NCBI GenBank assembly: GCA_035624785.1
Contig: DASPQV010000025.1
Coordinates: forward strand, 285,323 to 349,322
Length of the DNA stretch: 64,000 nt
From: Candidatus Binatia bacterium
GTDB lineage: Bacteria; Chloroflexota; Dormibacteria; Aeolococcales; Aeolococcaceae
Direction of reading: 5' to 3'
Numbering within the stretch: position 1 is the first letter of the stretch; the number at the start of each line of letters is the position of its first letter. Made by a program: the position numbers and the translations under genes. Below the pieces are notes generated by a model, which was not told the origin of the DNA, did no database searches, and saw only the letters and a list, made by a program, of their open reading frames with translations. Positions 18,175 through 28,210 of this stretch are shown here, piece after piece.

Positions 18175-19578
18175 TCAGGCGCGTCGATCCGCCCGCTCGA
18201 GGACGAGGTCGAGAATGAGCACCAGCGCCGCCAGGACGGTCAGCGCCGGGCCGAGCCGGCTGAGCCCGGCGGCCTGGAGGACCACCCCGAGCAGGGCGGA
18301 CACGCCGGCCCCGCCGATGCCCGCGGCCGCCAGCTGCCAGCCGACGGCGTGGACCGCCAGCGACCGGCCGAGCCGGGAGGGGGTCAGCGTCATGAGGGCG
18401 GGGAAGATGGGTCCGAGGCCGAGCCCGATCACCGGCAGGGCGGCCACGGTGACCCACGCGCTGGCACCGAGCCACACCAGGACGGCGCCGGCGAGGCTGA
18501 CCGACGCCCCCATCCAGGCGGCCGTCTGTGCGGAAACCCGCGGGCCCAGCCCGGCCGCGGCGAGGCGGCCCGCGGTGAGCCCCGTCCAGTAGAGGAAGAC
18601 CGCGACGCCGGACAGGGCGGCCGAGAGCCCCAGCGAACCGCGCAGGTAGCTGGCCGCCCAGGACCCGACCGACGCCTCCAGCCCGGTGTAGCAGAAGAAG
18701 AGAGCGAGGCTGAGAGGCAGGAGCAGCCGGCGCCAGTCCGGGGGTCGAAGTGAGGGGGCCGGAGGCGGCGCCGGCAGCGCGGGCCGGGGCGCCGAGGACC
18801 GGGATGCGGCCGGCGGCTCGGCGGGGAGCGGGACCTCCGGCGGGGCAGGTTTCTCCCGGTCATGCCCGCGGGGTACCGGTGGGATGGAGCGGCGGCTGGC
18901 CATCCATACGGCCAGCAGGACGACCTCGAGGATGGCCAGGGCCGCATAGGCGCCGCGCCACGCGGAGCCGGCCGCGAGGGCGGCGGTCACCAGCAATGGT
19001 CCCAGGGCCGCCCCCACTCCATACGAGGCGTGGAGGAGGTTCATCAGGGTCGGCCGCCGGTTCAGGGAGACCACGGTGTTGAGCGCCGCGTCCAGGGCAC
19101 CCCCGGCGGTGCCCAGGAGCAGCGCCCCCGGGACCACCACCCCCCAGGCCGGAGCAGCGGCGATCAGTGCGGCGCCGGCCGCCGCGGCCACCGCCGCTGC
19201 CATCAGCAGGGCGGAGGTGCCGAGGGTGCGAAGCGCCGCTCCCGCCGTGATGGTGATGGCGAGGTAACCAGCCAGGGAGGCGAGGAGCAGTTCCCCCAGG
19301 CTGCCGAGCGGCTGGCCGAAACCAGCCCGCAGCGACGGCCAGGCCACCCCGAGCATCCCGTCGGGAAGCCCGAGGACGACGAAAGCGAAGAGCGATCCCG
19401 CGGCCGGGCCCAGCCCCGATCGGCTGGTGCGGGAGGCGGCGCCGGCGGTCACGGTTGGCAGCAACCGTGGATGGGACAGGCGGCGCCGGCGGTCACGGGT
19501 GGCAACGGTACGACCGGCGGCACTCTCCAGGCCCGGTCGGAGGCGCCGGCCCGAGGGCACCGCCGCGCTTGACATCAC
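18175..19578 (-). CDS. MFS transporter with Pro-rich central loop
   Basis: Twelve predicted TM helices in two halves separated by a ~50-aa Pro/Ala-rich loop ('PPVPRGHDREKPAPPEVPLPAEPPAA...'). Confidence 0.8.
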   Translation of the reverse strand: MMSSAAVPSGRRLRPGLESAAGRTVATRDRRRRLSHPRLLPTVTAGAASRTSRSGLGPAAGSLFAFVVLGLPDGMLGVAWPSLRAGFGQPLGSLGELLLASLAGYLAITITAGAALRTLGTSALLMAAAVAAAAGAALIAAAPAWGVVVPGALLLGTAGGALDAALNTVVSLNRRPTLMNLLHASYGVGAALGPLLVTAALAAGSAWRGAYAALAILEVVLLAVWMASRRSIPPVPRGHDREKPAPPEVPLPAEPPAASRSSAPRPALPAPPPAPSLRPPDWRRLLLPLSLALFFCYTGLEASVGSWAASYLRGSLGLSAALSGVAVFLYWTGLTAGRLAAAGLGPRVSAQTAAWMGASVSLAGAVLVWLGASAWVTVAALPVIGLGLGPIFPALMTLTPSRLGRSLAVHAVGWQLAAAGIGGAGVSALLGVVLQAAGLSRLGPALTVLAALVLILDLVLERADRRA

Positions 19579-19784
19579 CCATCGAGCTCATCAAGATATG
19601 GGGGCGGCGGCCGGCACAACCACTACATCTTGATTCCGGCTCGCGCCTTCTCCTTCGCCGGAGGCCCGGTCCTCGGGGGATCGGGCCTCTTTCAGCCGAG
19701 GATCACGGCAGGCGAGGGAGGGATGATCCGGAGAGTTCGGGCGGCCGCTGCGGTGGTGGGCCACCCGCCGGCCAGGGCGGTGCC

Positions 19785-20957
19785 TCAGCTGTCCGCCCAG
19801 GCGGGGGCGGCGGTCGCGTCCAGGTCGAGGTTGCTGGTGATCTGCCTGGGGTGACCCGGGACGGCGGCGGTGGCGCCCTTCAGGTACCAGAGCTGGAAGT
19901 ACCCGTCGCCGCCCTCCGGAGCCAGGTAGAGGAGATCCTGGCCATCCGGCGACCAGGTCGGAGAGGCGGCGAGCACCCCCGTGACCTGGCGCTGGAGCGG
20001 ACCGAGCGTGCCGGTTGCGGCATCGAAGCTGGCGACCACCAGGTCCGACTCGGCGCTGCTCGGAGCGCCGGCGACGACCGGGGTGCAGATCATGGCGATC
20101 TCGGTCTGATCGGGGTTGAGCGCCGGCTGGGCGCAGTCATCGCCGGGTTGGGTCAGCGCCGTCCCGTCCTCGCCCGGAGCGCAGGTGGCGGGGGAGCCTC
20201 CCTTGGGATCCAGGCGGATCTGGCTCACCTCGGTGCCCGGGACCGCGCCCGCCAGCGGCGTGCTCAGCTCACCGGTGTCGCCGTACGCCGATTCGTAATC
20301 GACGTAGACGAGACCGCCGCCCAGCAGCGGAACCGGGCTGACATCGCCGCCCGTGTAGTAGTTGGCCCAGCTCTGCTGGGTGATGTCCTTGCCCTTGACG
20401 ACGCCGGCCCGATCGATCTCGGTACCCAGCGTGGTGCTCCAGATCGAGTAGTCGACCTGGTAGCCGTTGCCCGGCTCGCAGACGCCGCCCTTGGGCCAGT
20501 CGTAGCTGAAGTACAGGGTGTCCCCCGGACCCACCGCCGGGTAGGCGATCCAGTCGTCGTTGCCCAGCTGGGTGGCCGTTACCTTGCCGGAGTCGTGGCT
20601 CAACTGCGACTCGATGCTGCCGTCGAGGTTCAGCTCGTAGAGGTCGGAGAAGTAGTTGGTGGTCACCTTGACCGCGAGCAGCGCGCTGCCGTCAGGGAGC
20701 AGCACCGGCTGCGTCCAGCCCTGCCCCGGGGGCTGGAGCTCGGTGATGGTGCTGCCGTGGAGGGAGTACAGCCCTCCGCCCGCCGCGAAGTAGATGGAGC
20801 CGGGCAGGGTGAATTGGGGGTGGAACTGGACGGGATTGTGGACGGGAGGAGCGTCGACCCGGCTGGACCGGCTCGCCAGGTAGCGGTTGACCCCGGCGCC
20901 GAAGCCGGCCATGAGGACCACGAGGATGGCGGCGGTGGCCGCCCGGCGGCGGCTCAT
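19785..20957 (-). CDS. TolB-like beta-propeller (PD40 repeat) protein, N-terminally membrane-anchored
   Basis: N-terminal TM 'AAILVVLMAGFGAGV' and PD40-like repeats ('LLPDGSALLAV', 'SPDGQDLLYLA'). Its start overlaps the LCP stop by 4 nt. The upstream 170 codons of the track ORF are a shadow of the LCP gene. Confidence 0.65.
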   Translation of the reverse strand: MSRRRAATAAILVVLMAGFGAGVNRYLASRSSRVDAPPVHNPVQFHPQFTLPGSIYFAAGGGLYSLHGSTITELQPPGQGWTQPVLLPDGSALLAVKVTTNYFSDLYELNLDGSIESQLSHDSGKVTATQLGNDDWIAYPAVGPGDTLYFSYDWPKGGVCEPGNGYQVDYSIWSTTLGTEIDRAGVVKGKDITQQSWANYYTGGDVSPVPLLGGGLVYVDYESAYGDTGELSTPLAGAVPGTEVSQIRLDPKGGSPATCAPGEDGTALTQPGDDCAQPALNPDQTEIAMICTPVVAGAPSSAESDLVVASFDAATGTLGPLQRQVTGVLAASPTWSPDGQDLLYLAPEGGDGYFQLWYLKGATAAVPGHPRQITSNLDLDATAAPAWADS

Positions 20958-22051
20958 GGCGCTGGGAAGTACTGGTGGACCACCCCGAGGATGGCGCTCA
21001 TGTCGGGGAGCTCGACGTCCTGGCTGTCCACGACACCCATGCTGAACTGGGTCAGGAAGACGTGCTGGATGCTTCCCGACTCGACGTCCTTGACCAGCCC
21101 GAGCAGGGTGGGGAGATTGGTGAGCGGCACGTCGGTGAGCACCTGGCCGCTGAGCGCCGAGGCGATGCCGTTGACGTCGGCGATGCTGAGCTGGGCCAGC
21201 TTCTGGCGGAGCGCGACCAGGACCTGCTGCTGCCGGACGGTGCGGCCCAGATCGCCGTTGAGGTCGTCGTGGCGGGAGCGCACGTACTCGAGGGCCTCGT
21301 AGCCGTCCATGTGCTGAGCGCCGGGAAGCACCGAGACCCGGTCGGCGGCGTTGGGGTTGGTGCTGCCGGCGACGTCGTAGGGGTAGTTGTCGTCCATCAC
21401 CGGGTGGCTGGCGACGATGTCGATGCCGCCGACCTCGTTGATGAGGTTGATCAGCCCCTCCAGCCCGATCCACACATAGTGGTCGACCGAGACCTGGAAG
21501 TCGCGCTCGATGGTTGCGATCTCGGCGCTGGCACCGTTGGTCCCGTCCGGTGGCGAGACGTCACCGAAAGCCTGGTCGACCTTGCCGGACCCCAGGGACG
21601 CGCCGGTCCCGCTGTAGAGGGGCACCCAGAAGTCACGGGGGATCGAGAGCATGGTGACGCTGGACGTGGAGGGGTCGACCCGCATCAGGATCAGGGACTG
21701 GGCGCAGCAGAAGATCGGAGTTCCCGCGCCGTTGGTGAACTTCTGGTCGTTGTCGGAACCCATCAGCAGGACCGTGAAGGCGGAGCCGGTGGGAGGCGCG
21801 GTCGACGGGGGGCTCGTGGCCGGACCACTGGTGGCGGTCGGATGCAGCGAGGGGATCGCGTTCTGCCCCGTCGCCCCCACCGCCGCGGTGATGGTGGGCC
21901 AGAAGAAGCTGACCACGCCGCCCACCCCGGCGAGCAGGAAGCCGAGCACGATCAGGGCGATCCAGCGCAGCCGGGGCAACCTGAGAGTGTGGCGTGAGCG
22001 GCGCCGCCGCCGCCGCGGCTCCGGCCCCCTCTGAGGACGGGTGTCGCTCAT
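20954..22051 (-). CDS. LCP (LytR-CpsA-Psr) family cell-envelope glycopolymer transferase
   Basis: Charged N-terminus then a TM segment, followed by 'FTVLLMGSDND...ILMRVDPSTSSVTMLSIPRDFWV...VDHYVWIGLEGLINLIN'. Start set at the internal Met (residue 134). Confidence 0.8.
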   Translation of the reverse strand: MSDTRPQRGPEPRRRRRRSRHTLRLPRLRWIALIVLGFLLAGVGGVVSFFWPTITAAVGATGQNAIPSLHPTATSGPATSPPSTAPPTGSAFTVLLMGSDNDQKFTNGAGTPIFCCAQSLILMRVDPSTSSVTMLSIPRDFWVPLYSGTGASLGSGKVDQAFGDVSPPDGTNGASAEIATIERDFQVSVDHYVWIGLEGLINLINEVGGIDIVASHPVMDDNYPYDVAGSTNPNAADRVSVLPGAQHMDGYEALEYVRSRHDDLNGDLGRTVRQQQVLVALRQKLAQLSIADVNGIASALSGQVLTDVPLTNLPTLLGLVKDVESGSIQHVFLTQFSMGVVDSQDVELPDMSAILGVVHQYFPAP

Positions 22052-22344
22052 CTCATCCGGACTCTGGCCGCCGCCCCGGGCCGCGGGGACCATCCGGCCT
22101 CCCGGCGCTGGGGAGCGAGCGCGGCCTCCACATCCCGTGTGGCCGAGCCGTACGCCGCCGGGTGCGGCACGCCGGCATCGGCAACTCCTTCTCCTGTCAC
22201 AAGGCGAGACCGCTCCCCGACGGACCGCCAACGGCCGGATGATAGCCGACCGGGCGAGAGGTCGCCCCGAAGGCTCGGCCGACACGTTGCGCGACCCACC
22301 GGCACGGCGACGGGAAAGGGTGCGGGGTTGCCTACTCTTGATCC

Positions 22345-23595
22345 ATGCGGCGGGAGCGGATCGACGCCGACCAGGCCCTCTTCTCCGAGCGGCTGGCGGG
22401 CCGGCCGGCCGGGCTGCGCCGGAGCCTGGCGCGAGCGGCCGCCCTAGCACCCCACCTGGGGGTCGACCTCGCGGCCTGGCGCGCCCGGCCTCAGCGGGTC
22501 CTGATCGTGGTCGGCTCCAAGGGCAAGGGGACCGCGGCCACCTACGCCTCCGCCACCCTGGCGGCGGCCGGCCTCAGGGTGGGAACGCTCACCAGCCCGG
22601 GGCTGCGCAGCAACCGGGAGCGCATCCGGGTGGGGGGGACGGCGATCGACCGTCTCGGCTACGAGCGTCTGGTCGGTGACGTCGCCTCGACCGTCCGCAG
22701 TAGGGGCCCCCAGCTGCCCGACGGCGGTTACCTGTCACCCAGCGGGCTCTTCCTGCTGGCGGCGATCCGGCACTTCTCGGATCGCGGCTGCGATGCCGTG
22801 GTGCTGGAGGCGGGGATGGGCGGGCGCTCTGACGAGGTCGCCCTGCTCTGGCCCGGGGTCGTCGCCATCACCGCCGTCATCGAGGAGCACGTCGGTGTTC
22901 TTGGGGACAGCGTCACCGAGATCGCCGCCGAGAAGGCCGGGGTCGTCACCGCGGCGACCAGCGCCCTGGTCAGCGCGCCCCAGCCGTTCGCGGAGGCGGA
23001 TCGCGTCGTCGTCGAGGAGGCGCGAAGACACGGGGCCGAGCTGATCCGGGTCGACCGGACATCGACCGTGCCCGGCGACAGCGAGCTTTCCCCCGGCCTG
23101 GGCCGGGTCAACGCGCTGGCCGGGGTGACCGCGGCCCTGCGCCTGCTCGACACCGGTCGATGGACGCCGCCACCGCCGGCGACGCTTCGGACGGTGCTCG
23201 ACGGGGTGCAGCTGCCGGGTAGGTTGAGCCATCACCGCCTCGGCTCCCAGCACTGGATCATCGACTGCGCCACCAACCCGGAGGCGATCGCCGGTGCCGT
23301 TGCCCACGCCACCGAGACGATGGGACGGCCTACCGCGGTGCTCAGCTACGTCCCCCGCCTTCGCGACGACGGTCCGCTCCTGGAGGCCATGGGCGAGCTG
23401 ACGGTGGTGCGGGTGCCGGGTGGGTCCTCGACCGGACCACCCGGGAGGGGAGCGGTGATGCACCTGGACCAGGTGGACCTCGACGCCCTGGGGCCGCGGG
23501 TGCTCGCCGTCGGTCCCGCCTACTTCGCCGGCGAGCTGCTGGCCACCCTCGACGTGGACTGCGAGCGCAGCTTCGGGCCGCCTCCCCCGACCTGA
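22345..23595 (+). CDS. Mur-ligase family protein, FolC-like (possible folylpolyglutamate synthase paralogue)
   Basis: P-loop 'VVGSKGKGTAATY' and 'VGTLTSPGL' resemble the FolC 'GTNGKGS ... TSPHL' motifs. Middle and C-terminal Mur-ligase-like regions are present. Confidence 0.55.
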   Translation: MRRERIDADQALFSERLAGRPAGLRRSLARAAALAPHLGVDLAAWRARPQRVLIVVGSKGKGTAATYASATLAAAGLRVGTLTSPGLRSNRERIRVGGTAIDRLGYERLVGDVASTVRSRGPQLPDGGYLSPSGLFLLAAIRHFSDRGCDAVVLEAGMGGRSDEVALLWPGVVAITAVIEEHVGVLGDSVTEIAAEKAGVVTAATSALVSAPQPFAEADRVVVEEARRHGAELIRVDRTSTVPGDSELSPGLGRVNALAGVTAALRLLDTGRWTPPPPATLRTVLDGVQLPGRLSHHRLGSQHWIIDCATNPEAIAGAVAHATETMGRPTAVLSYVPRLRDDGPLLEAMGELTVVRVPGGSSTGPPGRGAVMHLDQVDLDALGPRVLAVGPAYFAGELLATLDVDCERSFGPPPPT

Positions 23596-23627
23596 GACGC
23601 CCACCGAGACGCGCTACGCGCTCGCCT

Positions 23628-24281
23628 CTACCAGCGGTGGTCGCCGGCGGGAAGGTGTGAGGTGTCGTTCCAGCGCCAGATGATCGGGGCGTCCCGGTCG
23701 GAGCCGAGGATGGAGATGGCGCCCGCCGAGAAGGCCAGGTGCTCGCCGGCCACCGGCGGCAGGTCGCACCAGCGGGCGGCCAGGATGCGCAGCAGGTGGC
23801 CATGGGCGAAGAGCGCCACGTCGCCGCCGGCGGCACGGACGCTGGCGAGGACGCTCTCAGCACGCCGGGCGACGTCCTCAGCGGTCTCGCCGCCGACCAC
23901 CCCGTCGCGCCAGATGGTCCAGCCGGGACGCTGCTCGCGGATCTCCTCCGCGGTCCTCCCTTCGTAGCTTCCGTAGTCCCATTCCTGGAGATCCGGTTCG
24001 ACGCGGGCAGCGCGCCCGAAGCCGGCGATGTCACAGGTCTTCCGGGCCCTGCGGAGCGGGCTGACCATCACGGTCGCGAAGCGCCACTCGCGGAGCCGGT
24101 GGCGCAACCACCTGGCCTGAGCCTCCCCCTCGGGATCGAGGGCGATGTCGCTGCGGCCGGTGTGGCGACCACTGCGGCTCCACTCGGTCTCGCCATGGCG
24201 GACCAGGACGACCAGGGGAGCGGCGCCGCCCGGAGACCCACCCAGGGAGATGGCCTCCCGGCCGGTGCCACCCGGCGTCAT
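23628..24281 (-). CDS. Histidine phosphatase family protein (phosphoglycerate-mutase-like)
   Basis: 'LVVLVRHGETEWS' is the RHG catalytic motif. A downstream 'FAHGHLLR' region is also present. Start set at the internal Met (residue 74). It overlaps the upstream GlsB gene by 4 nt. Confidence 0.75.
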   Translation of the reverse strand: MTPGGTGREAISLGGSPGGAAPLVVLVRHGETEWSRSGRHTGRSDIALDPEGEAQARWLRHRLREWRFATVMVSPLRRARKTCDIAGFGRAARVEPDLQEWDYGSYEGRTAEEIREQRPGWTIWRDGVVGGETAEDVARRAESVLASVRAAGGDVALFAHGHLLRILAARWCDLPPVAGEHLAFSAGAISILGSDRDAPIIWRWNDTSHLPAGDHRW

Positions 24282-24646
24282 CGGGGAAGGAGGCGCCTTT
24301 TCCTGCCACCCGTCAGGCGGCGTTTGGGAGACACGAGCCGGGCCACACCGAGGACGACCACGGCTCCGAGGAAGGCGACGATGATGTCCTGGATCAGCCC
24401 CAGGACTCCCCCCGCCCTCAGCAGTGACGGGGCCACGTAGTGGATGACCAGACCGCCGAGGAGGGCCCCGGCCAGCCCGAAGACCAGGTCCATCAGGCAC
24501 CCCATGCCGCGGCCCTGGACGACCCGGCTGGCCAGTGCCCCGGCGATGAGGCCCACGATCACCCAGGTGAGGAGGTGGCCAATCACGGCGAGCAGCCCCC
24601 AGACGACCAGGATGACCAGGAGGATGAGGACGATCGCGATCAGCAT
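24278..24646 (-). CDS. GlsB/YeaQ/YmgE family small membrane protein
   Basis: 'MLIAIVLILLVILVVWGL...GLIAGALA...GLAGALLGGLV' is the transglycosylase-associated family pattern. Start at the internal Met (residue 30). Confidence 0.7.
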   Translation of the reverse strand: MLIAIVLILLVILVVWGLLAVIGHLLTWVIVGLIAGALASRVVQGRGMGCLMDLVFGLAGALLGGLVIHYVAPSLLRAGGVLGLIQDIIVAFLGAVVVLGVARLVSPKRRLTGGRKRRLLPR

Positions 24647-24656
24647 GTGGGTAACC

Positions 24657-25730
24657 CTACCCCGCGCCGCGGTCGTCCCGCAGCGATGCATCGGCCGCCC
24701 CGGCGTGCTCCGCCACGGGGGCAGCAGCGGCATCCCTGAGCCGCCGGGCGATCTCGGCCCACGGGGCGGAGGGCTCGACCGCGTAGGGCATGAGGCGGCC
24801 GGCCCGGGTCCCGTAGCGCCGGAGCAGCGCCGCTGGCAGCTCGTCCCAGGTGGCGGTGGTGCAGACCGAGTCCAGCAACGCGTCGTCGACCTCCGCCGGC
24901 ATCTCGGGCCATCGGCCCTGGACGCTGAGCCGGTGGAGGCGGTCCGCGATCTCCCCCTGACCCTCGAGCTCGAGGACCGGCCGGTAGGTGGGCGTGGAGG
25001 CGTAGAAGGCGACCTGGGCTCGCAGCGGTCCGCGGGCCGCGGCAGCCTCGTCCGCGGTGCGCCCGGTGGCGATCATGGCCGGCACGGCGAGGGTGACCTG
25101 GTCGGGATCGCGGCCTGACGCCGACGCCGCACCACGGACGAGCGGCCGCACCACGGTGTCGAGGTAGCGCTCGGTGTGGAGCGGGTGGACGTGGACGCCG
25201 TCCGCCTCGCCGCCCGCGACCCGGAGCATTGCCTCCCCCACCGCGGCCAGGAAGATCAGAGGTGCCGGCACGTCCAGGGGTCCGGGGTTGAAGAAGGGCG
25301 GCAGCAGGCTCAGCGAATAGAACTCGCCGCTGTGCCGGAGCGGGGTCCCCTCCTGGAAGCTCCGCCAGATCGCCCGGATCGCCCGGATGAGGTCGCGCAT
25401 CCGAGCCGCGGGCCGGTCGGCCGGGACCGAGTAGCGCCTCTCATTGTGGGCGCGGACCTGGGCCCCGAGCCCGAGGATGAATCGTCCGCGTGAGGCTCGC
25501 TGGAGATCCCAGGCCGCCTGGGCGTGGACCATGGGGCTGCGCGGAAAGGCGACCGCGATGGCGGTCCCCAGGGTGATCCGCTGTGTAGCCAGCGCGGCGG
25601 GGAGGAGCGGCAGGTAGGGATCGTGGCCAGTCTCGGCGGACCAGACCCCGTCGAGCCCGTCCGCCTCCGCGGTGGCCGCCAGGCTTGCCGAGTCAGCGCC
25701 GGTGAAGCCAAGGGGCAGATCGAACAGCAC
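24657..25730 (-). CDS. LLM-class (luciferase-like) flavin/F420-dependent oxidoreductase
   Basis: TIM-barrel LLM pattern 'RFILGLGAQVRAHNERRYSV'. Length and motifs are typical of actinobacterial F420-dependent LLM proteins. Confidence 0.7.
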   Translation of the reverse strand: MLFDLPLGFTGADSASLAATAEADGLDGVWSAETGHDPYLPLLPAALATQRITLGTAIAVAFPRSPMVHAQAAWDLQRASRGRFILGLGAQVRAHNERRYSVPADRPAARMRDLIRAIRAIWRSFQEGTPLRHSGEFYSLSLLPPFFNPGPLDVPAPLIFLAAVGEAMLRVAGGEADGVHVHPLHTERYLDTVVRPLVRGAASASGRDPDQVTLAVPAMIATGRTADEAAAARGPLRAQVAFYASTPTYRPVLELEGQGEIADRLHRLSVQGRWPEMPAEVDDALLDSVCTTATWDELPAALLRRYGTRAGRLMPYAVEPSAPWAEIARRLRDAAAAPVAEHAGAADASLRDDRGAG

Positions 25731-25808
25731 CGTCGTGATTATCCGCGCGACCGCCGCACGCCCGAGGGTTCGCTAAGCGCGGGCTCGGCACACTACGATC
25801 GCGCCTGG

Positions 25809-26516
25809 ATGCTGTTCGCCGCTGCGGCTCCCACCCCCTCGCCCGGCCCCAGCCTGCAGGGCTGCCAGAACAACCCGATCCGGGGGGTCTGCACCGCTCT
25901 CGGTGGCGACAGCAGCGCCATCGGGCCGCTGGTGCAGCGGGTCCTCGGGGCGCTGATCATCTTCGCGCTGGTGCTGATCGCCGGCTACGTGGTGCGGAGG
26001 ATCATCACCGGCGCCGCCGACCGCGCCGTCGGCGATGCCCAGGTCCGGGGCCTGGCCCGCAACGTCATCACCATCCTGACCTGGCTGCTCGCGGTGATCG
26101 GCGGCCTGGTCGCCGGCGGCCTGGACGCGGCCTACGTCTTCACCTTCGGGGGCATCTTCAGCCTGGCCATCGGGCTCGCCTTCCAGGACCTGCTCCGCAA
26201 CGTGCTGGCGGGGATCTTCATCCTCATCGAGAAGCCGTTCCAGATCGGTGACCGGATAACGGTGACCGAGCAGGCGGGCATTGTCCACGACATAGCCCTG
26301 CGCACCACGGTGCTCCACACCGACGACGGGCGGATCGCGGTGGTGCCCAACCTGCTGGTATTCCAGAACGCCGTCCTGGTCGGCCAGGAGCCGCCGCCCC
26401 CCTCGGTGCCCGCCCCCGATGCCGGGGAACCCGGGCCCCACTCCGAAGTCCTCCCCCAGCAGGCCTCAAGCTCGACTCCGCCACGGGGGCGGCTGCGCCG
26501 GCGCCCGCGGGGCTGA
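25809..26516 (+). CDS. Small-conductance mechanosensitive channel (MscS family)
   Basis: TM helices followed by 'FGGIFSLAIGLAFQDLLRNVLAGIFILIEKPFQIGDRITV...GIVHDIALRTTVLHTDDGRIAVVPN', the MscS beta-domain. Start at the internal ATG (residue 96). Confidence 0.75.
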   Translation: MLFAAAAPTPSPGPSLQGCQNNPIRGVCTALGGDSSAIGPLVQRVLGALIIFALVLIAGYVVRRIITGAADRAVGDAQVRGLARNVITILTWLLAVIGGLVAGGLDAAYVFTFGGIFSLAIGLAFQDLLRNVLAGIFILIEKPFQIGDRITVTEQAGIVHDIALRTTVLHTDDGRIAVVPNLLVFQNAVLVGQEPPPPSVPAPDAGEPGPHSEVLPQQASSSTPPRGRLRRRPRG

Positions 26517-26982
26517 CCCGGACTTTCCAGCCGCGCGCCCGGGGATCCGGCACCTGTTCGCGGCGGTCCGTGTCGATGTCCGGCGGGGCTCCTCGCGGGC
26601 GCGTCCGTGACCGATGACCGCTGCGAGGGGCCGGCGCCATCGCCGCAGATGCGGCCGCGGCGTCCGGGTGCGGCGGCCCGGAGCGCGCGCCCGCCGCCGC
26701 AGGCTGACCGCTCGCCTGGTGGGCACGCCGGCCAGCGAGAACGGAGGCCCCCCTCCAGGGGCGTCCCGGGGGCGGCTCGGACGCGTCGAGCGCCTCGCCG
26801 CACGTCCCAATGGTAAGGAGCCGGAACCCCGCCGGCCAGCCCGTCGGTGGACCGTGAAGCGTTGTCGTGCCTGCGCCAGGAGTTGTTGCGTCCGCTGCAG
26901 CGGCGTGCCGCCAGCGTGGCAGGGACGCGAAAGCTGGCGGCCGACCAGAGGTGGCGCCGACAGGGCGACGGGATGGGGCGGG

Positions 26983-27624
26983 TCAGGCCTCCGGCTCGGG
27001 CGCCGGCTCGGCGGCAGCCTCCGCCTCGGCGGCTGCGGGAGCCTCCTCCGGGATGGCCAGGCGGAGTGCCGCGATCTTGGCGACGACCTCATCCGGGTCG
27101 ATGTGGCCGGCGAGCTCCACACCCCGAGGAAGCTGGATGTCACGGACCCGGACCGACTGGTCGATCTCGTCCAAGCCGCTGACATCCACGCTGAGATGAG
27201 CGGGCAGATCGCCGGGCAGGGCCTCGATGCGGAGGGTCGACACCACCTGCTGGAGCAGCCCGATCTTGAGCTGGCTGACGGCGGGGGGATCGCCGACGGG
27301 GAGCACGGGGACGTCCACCTGGAGCCGCTCCCGGAGGTTGACGGCCAGGAAGTCCACGTGGAGGGGGCGGGCGCTTCGCGGGTCGATCTGGAAGTCTCGG
27401 ATGAGCACCTTGCGCGGCCGCTCGCCGCCGAGCTTGAGATCGACGAGACGGGTGCGGCCGGCTCGCTCCCAGACCCGGCTGAGAGCCGAGGCCTCGGCGC
27501 TTATCGCCACCGGCTCGAGGTCGCGCCCGTAGAGGACGGCGGGGACCCGCCCGCCGCGGCGCAGCGCACGGACGTGCCTGCCCCGCTCGGGACGCGGTTC
27601 TGCGCTCAGCGACAGGTCTGCCAC
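26983..27624 (-). CDS. rplY: 50S ribosomal protein L25 / general stress protein Ctc (long form)
   Basis: 'RGGRVPAVLYGRDLEPVAIS...VDLKLGGERPRKVLIRDFQIDP' plus an acidic Ala/Glu/Pro tail typical of Ctc-type L25. Confidence 0.85.
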   Translation of the reverse strand: MADLSLSAEPRPERGRHVRALRRGGRVPAVLYGRDLEPVAISAEASALSRVWERAGRTRLVDLKLGGERPRKVLIRDFQIDPRSARPLHVDFLAVNLRERLQVDVPVLPVGDPPAVSQLKIGLLQQVVSTLRIEALPGDLPAHLSVDVSGLDEIDQSVRVRDIQLPRGVELAGHIDPDEVVAKIAALRLAIPEEAPAAAEAEAAAEPAPEPEA

Positions 27625-27679
27625 GAGGCCAGGACTCTAACAGGGAGCCGGACCGGACCAGGTCCCGGCAGCCATTTCA

Positions 27680-28111
27680 CTAGCTGCGGGCGGCGGCTCC
27701 GAACCGCTGGGTGACCCAGTCCACCACCTCACCGAGGGATGCCCCGGGGGTGAAGATCCGGGCCACCCCCAATCTCTCGAGCTCCCGCACGTCGCTGTCG
27801 GGCACGATCCCGCCCCCGAAGACGACGATGTCGCTGGCGCCCCGCTCCCTGAGCAGGCGGACGATCTCGGGGAAGAGGGTCATGTGGGCACCGCTCAGGA
27901 TGCTGATGCCGATGCCGTCCACGTCCTCCTGGATGGCGGCGTCGACCACCATCTCGGGGGTCTGGTGGAGACCGGTGTAGATGACCTCGACCCCCGCGTC
28001 ACGAAGGGCCCGCGAGATCACCTTGATCCCGCGATCGTGCCCGTCCAGGCCCACCTTGGCGGTGAGGATCCGGATCCGCCGACCCGGCCGGCCGATCTCC
28101 GACATCGTCAC
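27680..28111 (-). CDS. Cobalamin (B12)-binding domain protein (methylmalonyl-CoA-mutase C-terminal-domain-like)
   Basis: '[36 protein letters not shown]...[15 protein letters not shown]' contains the DxHxxG B12-binding signature. Confidence 0.8.
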   Translation of the reverse strand: MTMSEIGRPGRRIRILTAKVGLDGHDRGIKVISRALRDAGVEVIYTGLHQTPEMVVDAAIQEDVDGIGISILSGAHMTLFPEIVRLLRERGASDIVVFGGGIVPDSDVRELERLGVARIFTPGASLGEVVDWVTQRFGAAARS

Positions 28112-28210
28112 CGCCAGTGTACTGAGCCCGGGCGCTGACCACGGTGAGTCGGGATCGGATGGCGGCGCGAGGCAGGAGGGCCGGGCAACCGTGGACAGCC
28201 CGTAGGGTCC

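Noticed and set aside
26892-26903. Perfect 12-bp palindrome CCGCTGCAGCGG downstream of rplY
   Set aside because: Short GC-rich palindrome with no loop and no adjacent U-tract. Likely incidental in GC-rich DNA.
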